DNA from: Takakia lepidozioides
Lineage: Eukaryota; Plantae; Bryophyta
Assembly: GCA_030704615.1 (NCBI GenBank)
Contig: CM060734.1
Location: forward strand, 55,924,001-55,988,000
DNA length: 64,000 nt
Direction: 5' to 3'
Shown: positions 61,351 to 64,000 of the stretch, piece after piece
Layout of the letters: every line of letters begins with the position of its first letter
Numbering within the stretch: position 1 is the stretch's first letter
Notes under the pieces: generated by a model
What the model saw: the letters and a program-made list of their open reading frames with translations, nothing else
What the model was told of the DNA's origin: nothing
The model's database searches: none
Made by a program: the position numbers and the translations under genes

Positions 61351-62412
61351 TCACCATCTTGGTGTCCCAATAGTTACTAATTACTCCCCCTAACTATCTT
61401 GACCTGCCCAAAGGGTTCCTCTTGATCTTGTCCTTTGTTTTAATGTGATGGATAAGTTTAGTTCACACGATTGATAACGGAGTGAAATACCTGTCAACTT
61501 ACTCCCAGTTGAATTTAAAGTTGACTACAAAAACAAGGATAACCGCGATAACTACAAATCAAAAGAAAAGATGGGTTTCCCAAAGTTCAGAGATGGAGAA
61601 TAAGAACTTTATTTAGTTGAAAGCCAATGGAACTCTTCTCTGTAAGCTCATCCAGAACTCAAAACGAAGCCAACAGCTCCAACCAAAAAGACAGCAACAA
61701 CTACTGATAGCGAACCATCCAACCAGATAGAAGTAGAGAACAGAGAACTGACACTGGTGTGGAAGTCAAACAGATCTGAATGCAAGTATTCTGAAAGAAT
61801 TATGAGCTCGTATCAGCCCTAACTCGTTTTCCTTTTGGTGTATTAAAACCTATGAATCTTTGGTGGCCCCATGTTGATGAGTGAAGCTGCCACAAAGGTT
61901 ACCCCAGTGTGGAACCGTTTAATCATCCTAGTACCACTATTGAAAAACATAAAATGAAATTTGTAACAAAGTCGAATAGTCTAGTGGTACTAAGTTTGAG
62001 TTAATAGAATGGTGGAACCGAGGAAGAGTTGTAAAGCCCAAGATCCTCCTGCACTATAGGTTTTCCAGCTATGTAGGATTTGTTCGATTTTGGGAAATGT
62101 GAAGGAATACAGCACTAAAGGACTGCCTAACTATTTTGGGAAAACAGAGAGATTACACGATACATGATTCACACACATAAGTTTGCTGTAAGCCCAGAGA
62201 ATGCCTTTACTTGTGCACCAATCTTCACACTCTGTCTGACTGAACCCAGCAGAGATACCAAACTTATATATTCTCCTACCCCACAACGTGTCCGGCAAAT
62301 CTCCTGATGAATAGGTTGCTCAAGTGCAAGCACGCGCTTGCAAGGAAGGATTTCATCTGCTTGTTGAGGGAACCACTTTCTTTCTTTCATACTTCTCCCT
62401 GATGATAGAATC

Positions 62413-62940
62413 TTGCAGCCTAATTACTTATTTGCACCTTTATCTTCCTCTCTTTTGAGGGCGGTGGGGCAATTCAGGGTGGGCTCCCACAATTTACAGG
62501 TAGAGACTAGTAGATGGGAAAACTTGCATCGAGAAGACCGCCTATACCCAGCATGCACTGGGCCCAACTGTTGTATCGAAACTGAAGAACATTTCTTCTT
62601 TTATTGCCCTCTTTACTATAAGATCCATGGGAGATTTACTGTCTCTTCTCTGAAACCCAATCTCTCACTGAAGTCTTCCATTATGAGGATCAGAAATCCT
62701 TGGCAGCTTTTGTGCACAAAGCTTTGACACCCTTAGGCAATCCCTTGAGCAGAAGTAGTTGCTTTTGGGCTGCTTCTGGCTCCACTCTGTATTTTATTCT
62801 TTCTTGTTTCTTGCTTTCTTTTGTTCCGGAAGCTCTACGAGCTTTCTGCGGACGTTATAGAGTTCCATTTCATTCATTTCTTTTTACTTGAGCTTCCTTG
62901 GACACTCTAAAGTTCCTTTCCTTGCTTAAAGTACCATTTC
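62413..62940 (+). mobile_element. 3' fragment of LINE family B with tandem 3'-UTR tails
   Basis: GQFRVGSHNLQVETSRW...REDRLYPAC...IETEEHFFFYCPLY (C-terminal CCHC region). Similar tails occur inverted at ~51200-51450. Confidence 0.8.
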
Positions 62941-64000
62941 TTTTCTTTGCTTCTTACTTGTTTTGCAGAACTTCCAGATCCGGACAGGCAGCACCTTGAA
63001 AAACTGCATTCGGATACGATTTGCCCAGCTTGCATGTTAAGTTACTTGCATGGCTCCTCTGCATGTTATGAAGGTCATTTCTCTTCTCTCCCGCTATCTT
63101 CTCTTCACACTCATTTGGTTCTCTTGTAGTTCTACCGTGTTCCATAGGCTCTATGGGACTCCTTGGACATTTAATATGTTGTACCCTCTTTATCGCTCGA
63201 CTGATGTGTCTGTCTCGTGTCCTCCCTCCTCCCCATTGAATTCATACTTGCAAGACTGCATCCATTCCCAAGATTCGCTTCTCCATCTATGATCCCCTCT
63301 CATGTCTTCATTTAGCCACACAATGCAAGTGACAGGCCTGCAGCTGAGCATTGATGCTAATCACCTGCTCATAACAATTTCAATACCAGCACGTCTCCAG
63401 ATAGATGACAGAGATAACTGGGACATTTAGGTGTTCAGTTTACAATGCTTATCGCGGCGAATACACAGCACCTGTTCTGTAAATACAGGCCCCTATTCTG
63501 AAAGTAAGAGAGAGAGAGAGTTTTGCACACAGGGACGCACCACAAGGAGAGATACCTCATGAGACATGAGTTGCACCACGGACACCATCCAGAAGGTCTT
63601 CAACCAAATTCCCCACTTCAAAGTTGTATTCACATAGCGGAGCCTGTGACCCACCTCCCGGTGGATGTCAAAATCTTTTTGTGTATTCACATTCAATAGT
63701 GCTGGCTCAGAAACTTTGTTCTATCGGAACCCAAGGTTCCTACTCAAGTCCCCTAAATGGAACCAAAGGTTTGCATCTTAGTACAGACCAGACAGCAAGG
63801 TTAGAACTCATTGCATGGAGCCCAGCTGTTAAAATGTTTTACAAAAATGATTGTTGGAGTAGTTGCTAGCAAAGCATACCTTAACAGATTCTTTTCAATT
63901 TGGATCTAGTCGCTTGTTGCATTTTTGAGAAATAAGATTTTACCTGAATGTAAGAGATATGGTATTCCAGTTTCCCAAGATGTCCAATCAAATCCCCTTT
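62755..64000 (-). pseudogene. Inverted partial duplicate of ASPM (exons 4-5 and intron 5), continuing beyond the window
   Basis: Reverse complement of ~49900-51445. The exon-5 copy lacks 11 nt (tctctgtcgcc), causing a frameshift. Confidence 0.92.

Overview
Nuclear DNA from a land plant, most likely a non-seed plant (inferred from the Tcn1-like chromovirus, the hyper-repetitive PLS-PPR array and the short alpha-CT). Host genes: the 3' end of a mitochondrial uncoupling protein, a 10-exon plastid ACCase alpha-carboxyltransferase, a cyanobacterial-type 2Fe-2S ferredoxin, tRNA-Trp(CCA) and an ~18-exon ASPM/Asp homolog. An inverted, frameshifted ASPM fragment runs off the right edge. The region from ~18 to 46 kb is accessory. 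It holds a decayed cluster of PLS-class PPR (RNA-editing-type) genes whose N-terminus carries an OSB-type PDF ssDNA-binding motif, and a full-length chromoviral Ty3/Gypsy element (TSD AGAAC) with an apparent self-priming PBS and no PPT. It also holds an 8.5-kb CACTA-ended element (TSD ATG) inserted in a PPR motif and carrying PPR, SEC13 and cytosine-methyltransferase fragments plus a nested CACTA. A 5.5-kb hAT (TSD GTACAAAC) has a ~158-bp exon/intron-like tandem array in its leader and interrupts a putative phage-gp2.5-like SSB pseudogene. Young 5'-truncated LINEs with 12-bp TSDs populate the introns. All exon boundaries and family assignments were read by eye and no database searches were run.
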